Assembly: GCA_040954595.2 (NCBI GenBank)
Contig: CM082583.2
Coordinates: 13,490,391-13,554,390 of the forward strand
Direction of reading: 5' to 3'
Source of the DNA: Balanoglossus misakiensis
Lineage: Eukaryota > Animalia > Hemichordata
DNA length: 64,000 bases
Part shown: positions 40,801 through 52,091 of the stretch, piece after piece
How positions within the stretch are numbered: the first letter of the stretch is position 1
How the letters are laid out: the number at the start of each line of letters is the position of its first letter
Position numbers and translations under genes: made by a program
The notes under the pieces: generated by a model
Seen by the model: only the letters and a program-made list of their open reading frames with translations
Database searches by the model: none
What the model was told of the DNA's origin: nothing

Positions 40801-43800
40801 CACACATTTTCTGCTTGTCACATCTGTCGCTTCACATTAATTTATTCATATACTATTATTACATATCACCTCAAACAGACTGCATTATGTTGTCACTCAG
40901 GACAACATGATTGTGTCCAATTAATAATACTGTAACATTTACAATGCTGAATGTGTATTCGAGCTACAAACAGATCATGGCACCAAATCAGCTGCCTTGT
41001 TTTCTATTTATTGCCACACCCAATGTACATGCAATGTTTTGAATAAAACATAAACCCTGGTATTTATAGCTCAGTTGGCTGGCTCACCATTAGGAATGCT
41101 TTGCAAAATACTGCAGAACTGTCAACTGTTGCTGTGAAACATTTAATGACAAACTCAGTCAATAAAAGGTTTCCATACACCATTATTGATGAGCAAGAGA
41201 AATTTAAGAGTGGATAATACCATTAGATGAATCCATAAAGAAACTAAGTGGGACTTGTGATGAACAGAATGTGGGATTTTTCAAAACCAGACAGGATGTG
41301 AAAACAGCAGCTCAGTTTCAGTGCTCATATAGAGGAGAAATCCAAATCTTGGATTGACCCCATTCCAAGGGTCATTTGTATCACACCAACAAAATGTCCA
41401 TCCCAAAATATCCGATTCACAACAGGAACTGAATAGCAGAAACTAACATACTGGTCAGTATTCTGCAACGGAATACATGTAATATTGTTGGGTAACGGTG
41501 GGAAATGTCGGCAACTGCTGGTTTAAAGGGAAATTCTAGTCATGTCAATATGAACAAGAGTGAAATTGTAAATAGTCAAGCATGATCTAAACAACATTCT
41601 GGCTACACAGACACTTCTGAAAGAGTGGCTGTATTTAGCATATTACCTAAGATGGACTGCATTCTTTTAATCTTCACAATACCATATAAATCTAAGCTTG
41701 GCTGGTGAACTATTCTAAGAATGTGGGGGCACTTATTCTATCAAGGGTTTTCTTCTTTCTTTTCTGTTTCTTCAGGGTCATCTGTCTAAAGTTATTCCAA
41801 GCAAAATCATACAAGCTTGTTTCACCTTTAGTCTGTTGAGTTGTTCTGGTAAGTATCATTCATGTTCACCACATCACCTGTCTTGAAGTACCGTTTTCAC
41901 CATCAGAGGAAACATGAGGTACACAAATTTATCCTATTTTTAATTTAACACAGTGCCTATTTCAGGAACATTACATTATATTGCACTGGAAACGACAGAT
42001 GATATACGGGCAAAACACTTGAATAATAAATGAGGTATGTTTCTCAATTTGATTAAGTGACTGGAAGAGATAATTTCAGTGATTTATTTCCATGATCTAA
42101 CCCCTGTCTGCCCCTCTGAAAAGTTTATTATAATACAACTACTCATATTCATAAGAAAATACCCCTGACCTTATAAATGGTATAATGTCATTTTATACTA
42201 TTCAGGAAATTCTATTTGGAAACAAATTCCAAATCCTCACTACAGTTCTATAAAGTTGGCACAACACATTTGAATTTCTAGCCATGGAAGTGGGAATTCT
42301 CAGAATGTTTCAATTTTTTTATCTCACACGATGCAAAAGTCCTAATCAGACTTGCTTGGAATGTCAAAAGTATGCAGTCTGCTCTGAAGATATTTGACAA
42401 GACAAGCCAACAAATGTTTAACTATCAAGACAAGACCTGATAATAGGGTTCAAAGCGAACAGGGTAGATTTTATGACTTCAAACAATTAATGCGATATAG
42501 CATGTGTGTGTGTTTGACAAGACTTGAAAAACTACTTGGGCGCAAAAGGGGTTAAATGCACCCAACCTAAAACTTGAGTTGGATTTTAATGGTGTCTGCA
42601 ATTTGGATGACCCAGTCCCTGTTTGAACTTTCAATGAGTACATGATTTCCTGAACACCTTCCTCTGGCCTCTGAAATACAGATTGCGACAACCCACACCC
42701 TTTCAACAAATCAACATAGGTCCACTCAGTATACTTTACAGAACTACTTCTTAACCAGCGTCACTGTTTGTGTAATGTGACCTTTGACATCATTCTCTGG
42801 GTTCAAGGACTACTCCCACATTTCCTCCACATACAGTTAACATGATGAACAAGAATCACTTGTAATCTGTATTTACACACACCTTTCAAAGTTTGCAGTC
42901 ACGTCCCAAATGTCTAATCATAAACCCCAGAGATCTTTCAATTGCAAACAGAATAAGTCTAATGAAACATTGGTCTTTGCCTACTACTACAGGTACAGTA
43001 TTATATCAGAGTTGTTTATTCACAGAAGGCCAAAGGTTTTCTGAAACCCGCAATGAATGACATACCTGAGTGTAGTGTTTGCAATTTCCGGCTGTGTGTT
43101 GGGCTTATACGCTTCCCCTCATCTGGAGTAGTATACGTTTGACTTCACACACACTTTCATATATTAACCTGACTTCATTTCAATACATGGTCAGATCATC
43201 ACATGGAAAGGGTGGATGAAGACTTGCATTTGTTCTCACATCATGACAACTGGTACTAATCCACATTCCAAACTTTGTCAGAAACACACACAGAGGCAAA
43301 ACTTACCTCTCACTCTCATCTGCAGCCTTCTCTGTGTCATTAAGCTTCTCTGTAAGAACTCCAATCCTCTCCTGGGCACGATCAAGCTCCTCTTCAAGAA
43401 GCTGCTGACGTCTTTGCAATGAGTTCACTTCGGCTTCAGCCTGTCATAAAAAAAATATAAAAGTACAATGTAGTATTTTTTGGTAAAAAATACCAACAAT
43501 GTGGGCAGTAAACAAGGAACTTCTCATTTCCAGACACAATGATGGTATTGTTAAGAGAACATTTCAAACAATATGCATTGATGTCAAAGGTCACCAGTTC
43601 AAAACCCATACATATATTCATACTTTCCAGACTTGCCATACAACTTGTCCCACAACAGCTGCACACACGCAATATAGAGTTGCTTTAATTTACACAGCAT
43701 CTTAACAATGTGGCAAATCAATCTTCAATGATGAAATATCTCATGGAAAACATCCCATTTTTAATGAGAAAGGAAAAAAATGGTGATAAATCATGAATAA

Positions 43801-46800
43801 CTAATTAAAATTATTCCCAATGGAGATAATGTTTTCATGAACCAAGCCCATAAAATTATCCGTCAATAATTCCACTAGGAAAATTATCCTTAACACAGAA
43901 ACCCAATGACAATATCCGGTGAAAAACACCAAACTGCCTACAAATATGTAATTCTTTCAATAGACATAATTATGTATATTTTATCAAATTTTGTACTTTT
44001 GAGGTTTTCATTTTGTTTGATCAAACAACACAATCAGTGTCCTCACCACAGCAATCACATGTGAAGCACACAATGGCCACTGCTCTATAATTTTAGTAAA
44101 ACAAGAGAAATTAACATATGAATTACGTTCATTAAATTTTTGTAATTAAAAATAAACTCATATTGTATTTTAAATGACATTTATGAGGGTATGTTAAATT
44201 ATATGCAAGGTATATATATATATAATATATATACAATTATACATGTATATATACTTAGCTAATAGTTTATGTCGGAGGCCCTACTCGTATGGAGATCAGG
44301 AATTAGAGAATTCCACAGGGCAATTCGACATTTTTGGACCATGAAAACATACATGGAAACACAGCCAAAACATTCAGTTATTTGTTCTGCTATGAGATCT
44401 GTTACCTGTCATTGGTCAAATTGAATCAAAATAATGCATCTGAAACTCTAGTACATACATTTTTGTACATACATGTATTTCATAATTTATCTACATTACA
44501 GTTCTGTTATTTTGATGATTTAGACAAACTATCCCTACATTTTATCATGAATGTCCTACTTTACCTACTTTACATGCTGCATGCATGCACTACATAAATC
44601 ATCTTATATAGCAATCCAGACTGAATGGTAAACTGGGAAGCACACATCTGGGTCAACAAACCCTCTGATACAGGGGTTACCAGGGCTTTCACGGCAACTC
44701 CATATGCGTATCCTTTACAATTATTGACATTTCTCTTGGTGGGAAAAGAACAGATGACCTAATATCATTTGACGCATTTAAGCATATATCAACATGAACA
44801 CACCCTTCTTAAGCTGACTCAGACTGACTAACTGATTGACCGGAAGTGGTCTGTTTTCAAATGTCACATACATCCATCCACTTGCACTGGGTTTATCTCC
44901 AAACACAGACATGCCAACTTCCTTTCAGTAACCGGGTGGATAAACATATTGTTGCAATAAGAGAAATTTACATTCTATAATTTATAATTCATTTATGTTA
45001 AACTCCACATAAACTGAATAATAACAGTTAAATCTACAATGAAAATACTGGAATTTTTGTGAAATGTATCCCTATTCCTATACATGTATGTGTAATTTTG
45101 ATTCTCATGTCACTTTAAATCAAACTTAATCATTATAGTACTGTATTTCAACCAGCTTCTCTTGATACAGTTAGCTGGGGATGCCATAATATACAATGAC
45201 TGTGCACCATGAATAAACAATGGGGCTGCTTTTCTACACAATCAGACAGGCCATCTTTTGACCACTTGAAACCAAATACCTACTTGCATTACAAAACCCC
45301 ACAGAAGAATTTGTAACCTGGGGCAAAAAAGAACACCCCAATGAAAACGCTTTCGCGACATATGGCCTTGGTCAATCACATCACAGATGCTTGGTTTAAA
45401 ATCTGCTTTCTGTCAAATTTCAAGACAAATTCATGATCCTTCTGACACTTTACAGGACTGTACTTGCAAATTTGCTTGTATTCTGCATAAAACTGAGGAA
45501 CAGACATACATGATATATCACAGTGCAAACCCACTGGGAGTTACTCAGCTCATCAATGATCTGCTATGGTAGCATCCCACAGACAAGGCTTATTCTTCAG
45601 GCCTTGAAAGGAACATTGTAAAGGCAGCCAAACATGTCAAAGGGTCAAGGGCTAAAGTTCACCATACACCACAGTGTAAACTGACACCCCCCCCCCTCCC
45701 TGACCTGCAAAGAAGGCTGGGACTGTACACATAACAAACCCCTCAAAATGACGTCAGTGCACTCCTTATTTGTACATGGGACTAAATTCACAAACAAACA
45801 ACGGAAAAGGGCCATTCAAATATCTCAGTTGACATAAACAAAATATTTCACAAACCAATCATCTCTAAAGGCCAATAAACGTGTACTTCCTTGCCAAAAT
45901 CTGTGTTCTAATTTCTCACCTACAAACAGAGAATTTCACTATATTAATTTTAACTATGAAGAATGTGTCATTTCCATTATACTGAAAAACAAAAAAACTT
46001 TACACTTGCTCATAGAATATTTGACATACTGATTGTAATTATTAGCAAACAATGCCTGAATCAATAACTGTTTCAGTCAAACAGCTGGTTCATGTGGTGG
46101 GTAAATGCTATGAATATTTTACATATGCTTAGGCTAATTGTCCCAATGTACTTAAAATAATATCAGTGAATTCAAAACCTGTCCTCAAACATCGGTGTCA
46201 CCTGTAGATTTAATACTATAGGCAATCATGTCAGAAACAAGAGTATGATCACTGCTCCAAAATTTGATATTTCTGCTGCTACTAATTTCACATTAAATAT
46301 GCATGAATTGTGTCACCCTGGTGAGATATGTGGACCACATACTATGTCATATTTATGAATGCACAAAGCCAGTGTAAAACCAAAGAGTGATACTCTATTT
46401 GGTAATTTACACTACTGGTGCATCTATTATAAAATACGCATTTGGACGAACGTGGCAATTAACTAAAGAATTAAACTGTTACATTGTATCGCTTTTGCAT
46501 GCATTATGTCAAAATGACACTGCTTAGCGATTACGTCCCGTCAGCGCTGGGGATGGTCTCACACTTTGAAAAACACGGACTCAACATGATCGAGGGACCA
46601 AATGCCCGTTATTTCTATCAACGATTTATTGAAACATCACACGCAGAAGTAAACAGGCGCTCATTGTAAAAAGAAAAAATGTCGATTGCGAATTGCGGCC
46701 CTGCCCACATCTGGGCTCCGCGAAGCCGGTCAACATCAAGCCAACGATACAGGTAGCCCTGCTGTTTAGATTGGGTTTTTGCAAAGCAACCACCTTGCAT

Positions 46801-49800
46801 AGCGATCATATTGCTACAAATAAAATGTTATCCGCATAAAGCTCATTCCGAAACTCCATATGAAGCTCTATCTCTCGATATAACACCTAATGTCATCCGA
46901 AAGATGACGTCTACATATTAAAGGTTGGGTACAGAAACCATAGCTTACAGCGTCCGCTCGATCTTTCTCGGCCAGCAGATTCCTTTCGAGTTCATCGGCA
47001 CGGTCCTGGGCTAATTCTGCTTCGGCCCTGAGAGCTGCTACCTTCTTCCTGATAGTCTCCATTGCGTCGTGTTGTTAAATTGGGTAATTTACGTGGAAAA
47101 TACTAGTACACCCAACTCACTGATCACAAGGTAGCGTCCACACACCTCTTCACAAATATCAGGGAAGGTGTTATTTGTCGCGAGTGTCACAAGTATCCTT
47201 ACGCGCCCCTTAAATTATTAGGTTTTTTTAGGTAGAAATTGTACATTTAGATTTTAAAATATTTTTTTCTGATCCTGCAGGGTGCCTAAATAATTGCTGA
47301 GGACATATCCTGCAGGATTTGGTAATAATTTTGCAAAATTTATTTAAAAACGCTGAAAATTGTGGCGGAATGATACCTGTGACAGGTACTTCGCAATTTA
47401 CCAGGGCTATGGGTGCCGCCATTGATAATGTAGTTCATTGGCCTTCCTGCAATTATAGCCTATAGGGTCCATGCATCAATTGAAAAGGTGCTATTACATG
47501 TACCAGGTGCACTCCCCTGACCTCAAGGCAGCAATATTAAACAGTACACTCACCTGACGATACAGGTATGCATGTTCCCTGAAAGTGTAGTAGCACAAGC
47601 TTCCTTGATTGAATTATTCGTACAACGCAATGGGAGACCTGACTGATATACTTTAAGAATGTACCGCACTGGTATCAAGTTTCGCCTTGAAAAATTACAG
47701 GCCTATCACGTCACATTTGCCTAATCCCAATTTGTCCAATATTAATTATGCAATATTTTTAACATTATCACAGAATTTATGGGTAGGCCTTTTGCATATA
47801 TTGCAGTTTTTCAACTTTAAAACAGTATGACGTGAGCATTATAGGTGTCAGATCTTGGCCTATGGGATAAACAGGTTACCTTTGGGCCTAAATTCACTGT
47901 ACTTCATTCAGAGTTGCGACACCGTCTTTGCTCTTGTTATTGATGGCCCATTTGTATACAGTAGTCTACACTACTGAGTTGGAGTCGAGGGAAAGTGATT
48001 GTTTTCCCAGGAACTTGAGCGAACAACTGTAAGCTTATCGCGTTTTCCCCTTTCCTGAACACGAGTTTTCAAACTTTGATTCTGATGAACGGTCAATGCC
48101 CTGCCCTTTCCAACCCTGAGAAAACGACCTTTAGCCTACTCCGGCCGACTGCGGACTCTTGATTGCACTTTGCAGTTTTCCATGATGTTCGATCCACACA
48201 TAAACATATAGGCCTAGTTGTTAGCATCGAAAGTTATGCCCATACATTTTAAAAACATGGGACTGCTGTGACAATATTAGGCCATCTCTTCCACTTTTTT
48301 TGCTTTTATTGTTCCCAGCCGAAATCGAAAACGTCTCCTTCGAAGTTCGCGATAGCTACTGACATGTTTCATCTTTCTTTGTCCACACCTTGTACTGGGA
48401 TGCGCAGTGTAAACGTAGAAGCCACAAGTTTCCATCAGAGACAGCGTGGTAACATCCACGAAAAATTACATTTTTATGAAGCTGAACATCATATTTTTAT
48501 TTTACTTTGATACGAAAAAAGTGTAAAAAGCTATTTTTGTTTTGCATAAAAAATTTAGCCGTACAGCTTGTTCACTGACGAATGAAAGTTTATTTACTAC
48601 ACACTCGTCGAAATGATGTAAAAGAAACCATCACATGTAGTTCCTGGGAGGACAAAATCAGCCAAGACAGCAATAAAAACTCTCCCAAAATGTTATAACA
48701 TCCAGAGCGCAGGTTTCCTCATCTGGTTTATGCAGCCAATTCACTTCAAGTCTACACAGAATAATACATGGGATCCTCCACATGATAGCAAAGCAATTTT
48801 GCATAACAATTGCATGAATTGCAGTGAGAGTCTGCGCTGGCATTCCTGGCGCACTATTCCATTTAAGGAGACATGACGTCAGGGATTTTTAAATCTTCGC
48901 TTGACTGCTTCCTCCTCATTCAGTACGATAGTGGCGGTTTTACAACTGGGAAGAGTGACACGGACCGTGATGTAGAAGACCCTACGATTTTCTACTGCAG
49001 GACTATGAATGTGGTTGTAGCTTAAAATTCGCAAGCCATGATTGGCCGTAATTGTTTTCATGCATGAATTTCACATCATAATTGTAGGACTGTGGATCAC
49101 AAATGACATATCACGACGCTACCATTTGTTAACATTTTATTTGTTTATTACAGGAAATCCTTCATATCGTGGTTTACAGAGAGAAAAGAAGATGAGAAAC
49201 TTCAGCTAATTTCGATCTGGAATGTTCAAAGGAATTACCTTAATTGACCTCCAACGTTTGTTACATGAACGTCAAAACAAAAGTAATTCGATACGCCATC
49301 TGTGTGGCAGGGCGTATCATTGTTTACTGGTTGGATACACACTTAGAGATATCACAAATTCACAACAGCTTTTACCTTTAGTCTGGTGCTGCCAAAAACT
49401 GTCTCTACACCATTCATCCATTCATTCATTCATTCATTCATCCATCCATCCATCCATCCATTCATTCATTCATCCATTCATTCATTCATTCATTCACCCA
49501 TCCATCCATCCATCCATCCATCCATTCATTCATTCATTCATTGTTTTGTGTCAGTCATTGATATTGCCGACAACACACATGTTCATAACTTCCAAACCTC
49601 AGTCAATCAGTAAGCTTAGACAGTGTACCCTCCTTTTGTTACCCGTCAAAATTTGAAAATGTCAATCACGTTTACATGGCAACCGTTTTCACACGTGGCG
49701 CACAAACTATCGTAGCTCCTCCTTTCTTCACAATGCTTTGCGCCCTGAATGCGAAAATGATTTTTTTAAACACGCGATTTTCATGATATCATTTCACAGT

Positions 49801-51767
49801 CATGTACTTACAGTTTGCGCCGTTTTCGTTGCTGAGTCCATCTGTTCTGTACATAATTGTAGTTTTTCTTGAGTCGTGTCAAGTTCAGAGTTCAAGTTCT
49901 TTATTTGCTTCATCAGGTCCTTATTTTCTTCGTCAGCCTGTTGGTACAAACAAACCGGGATAAGATGTTACTATTGTTGAATTGGGTGAGAAGTGGGAAT
50001 GCTTTTAAATGTTTGTTCAAGTTACGGACAAAATGTTTATCTGTCTTCCAACACAATAATGCTAAAACACAACACAGAAATAATGAATGTAAGTGATCGT
50101 GACTTCCTATCGATTTGGCCGACAGCTAGCCTTTCCATCTAAGTTTTCCTCACGTTTTGACTATCTGTTGTTTATTTTTCCAGTCTGTCTTTCCGCCTGC
50201 CCATGGCTAAGAGTCACATGACTAACTTATCCCAGTGACTATTAGTATAATCGGCGTTTCACTATGCGACTACAACGATATTGTCTATACATGATATAGT
50301 TCCGCTTTCGTATTGTGCATATACATATGATATATCGATCGGTGGAAACTAAAATCATTTTTATGGAAGTTCCGTCCGGTATCTGTAATTTCATCGGATT
50401 GTTTATTTTAATATCGGTGCCAAGTAGAGACAAGGGCCTCTTTCAAGACTTCGGTTGTCATGGACACGCGCCGTCAGTGCCCGCTCTGGTCAAGTCCACA
50501 CTTGGTGGAATCTACTTCGGATGGAAAAATGCCATTCCATCTTTGAATGACCTCACCATGTAATGAGCCCTAACACGTCATCAGTAGCCAATCACGGCAT
50601 GATTGAGGTATCAACCATACTTGGGTCAGACGTCTCAATAAATTCCGCCGCATAATTTTGCCAGGGTCTTTTCAATTTTTCTGATGTCACACTTAAATGC
50701 CCTGACGAATTGGACCGTTGCCTTTTAATTGTGATAATTGTCCCAACAATGTCACGGTTCATTACGGATAGCCTTTACTGTAACCTCGATAACGCGAATA
50801 ATTGTCAGCTTCCAAGTACCCTGGATGGGGTGCGTTTATATGCGATCTCAATCATAAATCATTCACTTCTAGGAAAGTCTGAGACAATCTGCGAAATCAT
50901 TCGGTGATAATTTTCACGCTTAAGAAACCCCATTTTGACACGCTCTCACATCAGTATACAATTGAATGATACACAAATGTATCTTTGTAACTTGCCACCC
51001 GTTGCTCAGCCATATGTCTGATAGAAATGACGTTTGTCCGACGACGCCATCTTGGACCTTCAACTTTTCAAATATGCAAAGAATTGATATCCTATTACTG
51101 AAAAATTCTTATCAAATTTCTACAAAATAAATAAAATAACAATTTCAAGAACTGCTATATTAGTTGATGATTTTCTTTTAATTGTTCTCTTAGCGTGACA
51201 TGAATGACATCAACAACTAGCGTAACTTTTTTTGCTACAAGAATGTCAGTTTTTAAGAACTTTTTTTTTCACAAACTGGTACGAGTTGGTCTATTGAAAT
51301 TCCATCATACGCCAACAGTAAACTGATCTCTTTATTTTGTAAAAGTTGCATATTACCCTTGACAAAAAAGTAATCGCTTGGTATAAACTGCAGTTGGTCG
51401 ACATTTGACTGCATGGTAAAATATTTCCATAATTAAGACGTCGACCCTTCCTATCTTTGCAAGGCTGTTAAACCAATCCGTGTGAAACGTTTTTTTCTTG
51501 TCGACATGGAAAACCTTTGAAAATTGAAAACCGACTCAACTTCAGGCAAACAATATGGTGTTAAATTAGCGACAGTACAGATACTTGATGTTTTTAAAGT
51601 TAAGTATGCAAGGAATTTTGACTAACTTCTGGAATTTTCTATCTCTGACTTACTTTTTCAAGTTTTTCCAGAGCTTGTTTCTTTTCCACATCAGACTGGT
51701 CCTTCATATCCAGGGCGGTTTCCTTCTCCACCCTCAAGGCGTGCATCTTCTTCTTGATGATTTCCAT
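31784..51767 (-). CDS. TPM: Tropomyosin, multi-exon; long isoform 284 aa, short isoform 242 aa
   Basis: Exons 1a (114 nt) + 2 (126) + 3 (134) + 4a (46) + one 72-nt 4b + 5 (71) + 6/7 (139) + 8 (70) + 9 (83 incl. stop) = 855 nt = 284 aa + stop, the canonical tropomyosin length. Diagnostic motifs: [62 protein letters not shown]. Confidence 0.97.
33108..33168. repeat. Poly-C/(CA)n low-complexity tract just after tropomyosin exon 8 (G-rich on the transcript)
   Basis: C12 and ~C19 runs interleaved with CA repeats. Confidence 0.85.
33182..33251 (-). CDS. TPM: Tropomyosin exon 8 ([23 protein letters not shown])
   Basis: 70 nt (canonical length). Completes the LKEAExRAE signature. Confidence 0.96.
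35211..35349 (-). CDS. TPM: Tropomyosin exon equivalent to vertebrate exons 6+7 ([46 protein letters not shown])
   Basis: 139 nt = 76+63, AG/GT bounded. Confidence 0.95.
35555..35625 (-). CDS. TPM: Tropomyosin exon 5 ([24 protein letters not shown])
   Basis: 71 nt (canonical length), AG/GT bounded. Confidence 0.95.
36583..36629. repeat. Imperfect (GAT)n microsatellite
   Basis: gtgatgattatgataatgatgatgatgaagatggtgatgatgatgat. Confidence 0.8.
37415..37486 (-). CDS. TPM: Tropomyosin alternative exon 4b-3 ([24 protein letters not shown])
   Basis: 72 nt, long pyrimidine tract + TAG acceptor, GTAAAG donor. Confidence 0.88.
37582..37653 (-). CDS. TPM: Tropomyosin alternative exon 4b-2 ([24 protein letters not shown])
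   Basis: 72 nt, CTATAG acceptor, GTAACC donor, homologous to vertebrate ...QLKEAKHIAEDADRKYEE. Confidence 0.85.
37727..37798 (-). CDS. TPM: Tropomyosin alternative exon 4b-1 ([24 protein letters not shown])
   Basis: 72 nt, TTTGCAG acceptor, GTAATA donor, DRKYEE motif. Confidence 0.92.
40218..40263 (-). CDS. TPM: Tropomyosin exon 4a ([15 protein letters not shown])
   Basis: 46 nt with a polypyrimidine+TAG acceptor and GTAAGT donor. 46+72 = 118 nt, the length of vertebrate exon 4. Confidence 0.93.
43307..43440 (-). CDS. TPM: Tropomyosin exon 3 ([45 protein letters not shown])
   Basis: AG/GT bounded, 134 nt (canonical length), highly conserved motif. Confidence 0.96.
46949..47062 (-). CDS. 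TPM: Tropomyosin alternative first exon 1b (38 aa: [38 protein letters not shown])
   Basis: GCAATGG start, GTAAGC donor, phase-0 join to exon 3, CpG-rich upstream region. Confidence 0.92.
49411..49542. repeat. Compound (CATT)n/(CATC)n tetranucleotide microsatellite
   Basis: About 33 units alternating CATT and CATC blocks. Source of the spurious IHSF/IHPS ORFs. Confidence 0.95.
49812..49937 (-). CDS. TPM: Tropomyosin exon 2 (42 aa: [42 protein letters not shown])
   Basis: CAG acceptor, GTAAGT donor, 126 nt, heptad pattern. Not reported in the ORF track. Confidence 0.9.
51654..51767 (-). CDS. TPM: Tropomyosin exon 1a (38 aa: [38 protein letters not shown])
   Basis: ACCATGG Kozak context, GTAAGT donor, 114 nt (the canonical exon 1a length), typical M-x-x-IKKKM N-terminus. 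Confidence 0.93.
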
Positions 51768-51945
51768 GGTGATGTGTGAGTGCCGAAATCTGTCGTGAAG
51801 AGATAATCAAAGATGGCGAGCCGAGTCGTCTCTTGGAATGTTGAAGTGATGGGAGAGAGCAGGAAAGTGCTGTGCAGCAAATTGGTGTCTTCGATGGTAG
51901 TGGATAGTCGTCGTAGACGATTCGACGAACAAGAGGGGGTCTTTT

Positions 51946-52091
51946 CACGTGATCAAGGCGGCGACCAATCGAGTGTGGTGTCCGCTGCGTAACTTATCTG
52001 CTCTGAGTTGACGTCATGGTGATAGCTAGGTCTGGTTACCATCACGACGTGCCCATTCGCTGTGGTCTGCAACGCAACCATCCTTATTTGG
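51946..52091 (-). promoter_or_regulatory. Tropomyosin upstream (exon 1a) promoter with CArG, CRE, CCAAT and E-box motifs
   Basis: Perfect CArG box CCTTATTTGG 52082-52091, CRE TGACGTCA 52009-52016, CCAAT 51965-51969, CACGTG 51946-51951, CpG-rich context. Confidence 0.65.

Noticed and set aside
47880-48460. CpG-rich stretch in tropomyosin intron 2 with short ORFs and a donor-like site
   Set aside because: All frames I read hit early stops and none resembles tropomyosin. It may be regulatory but cannot be supported as a feature.
49222-49656. ORFs with IHSF/IHPS repeats
   Set aside because: Translation of the CATT/CATC microsatellite.
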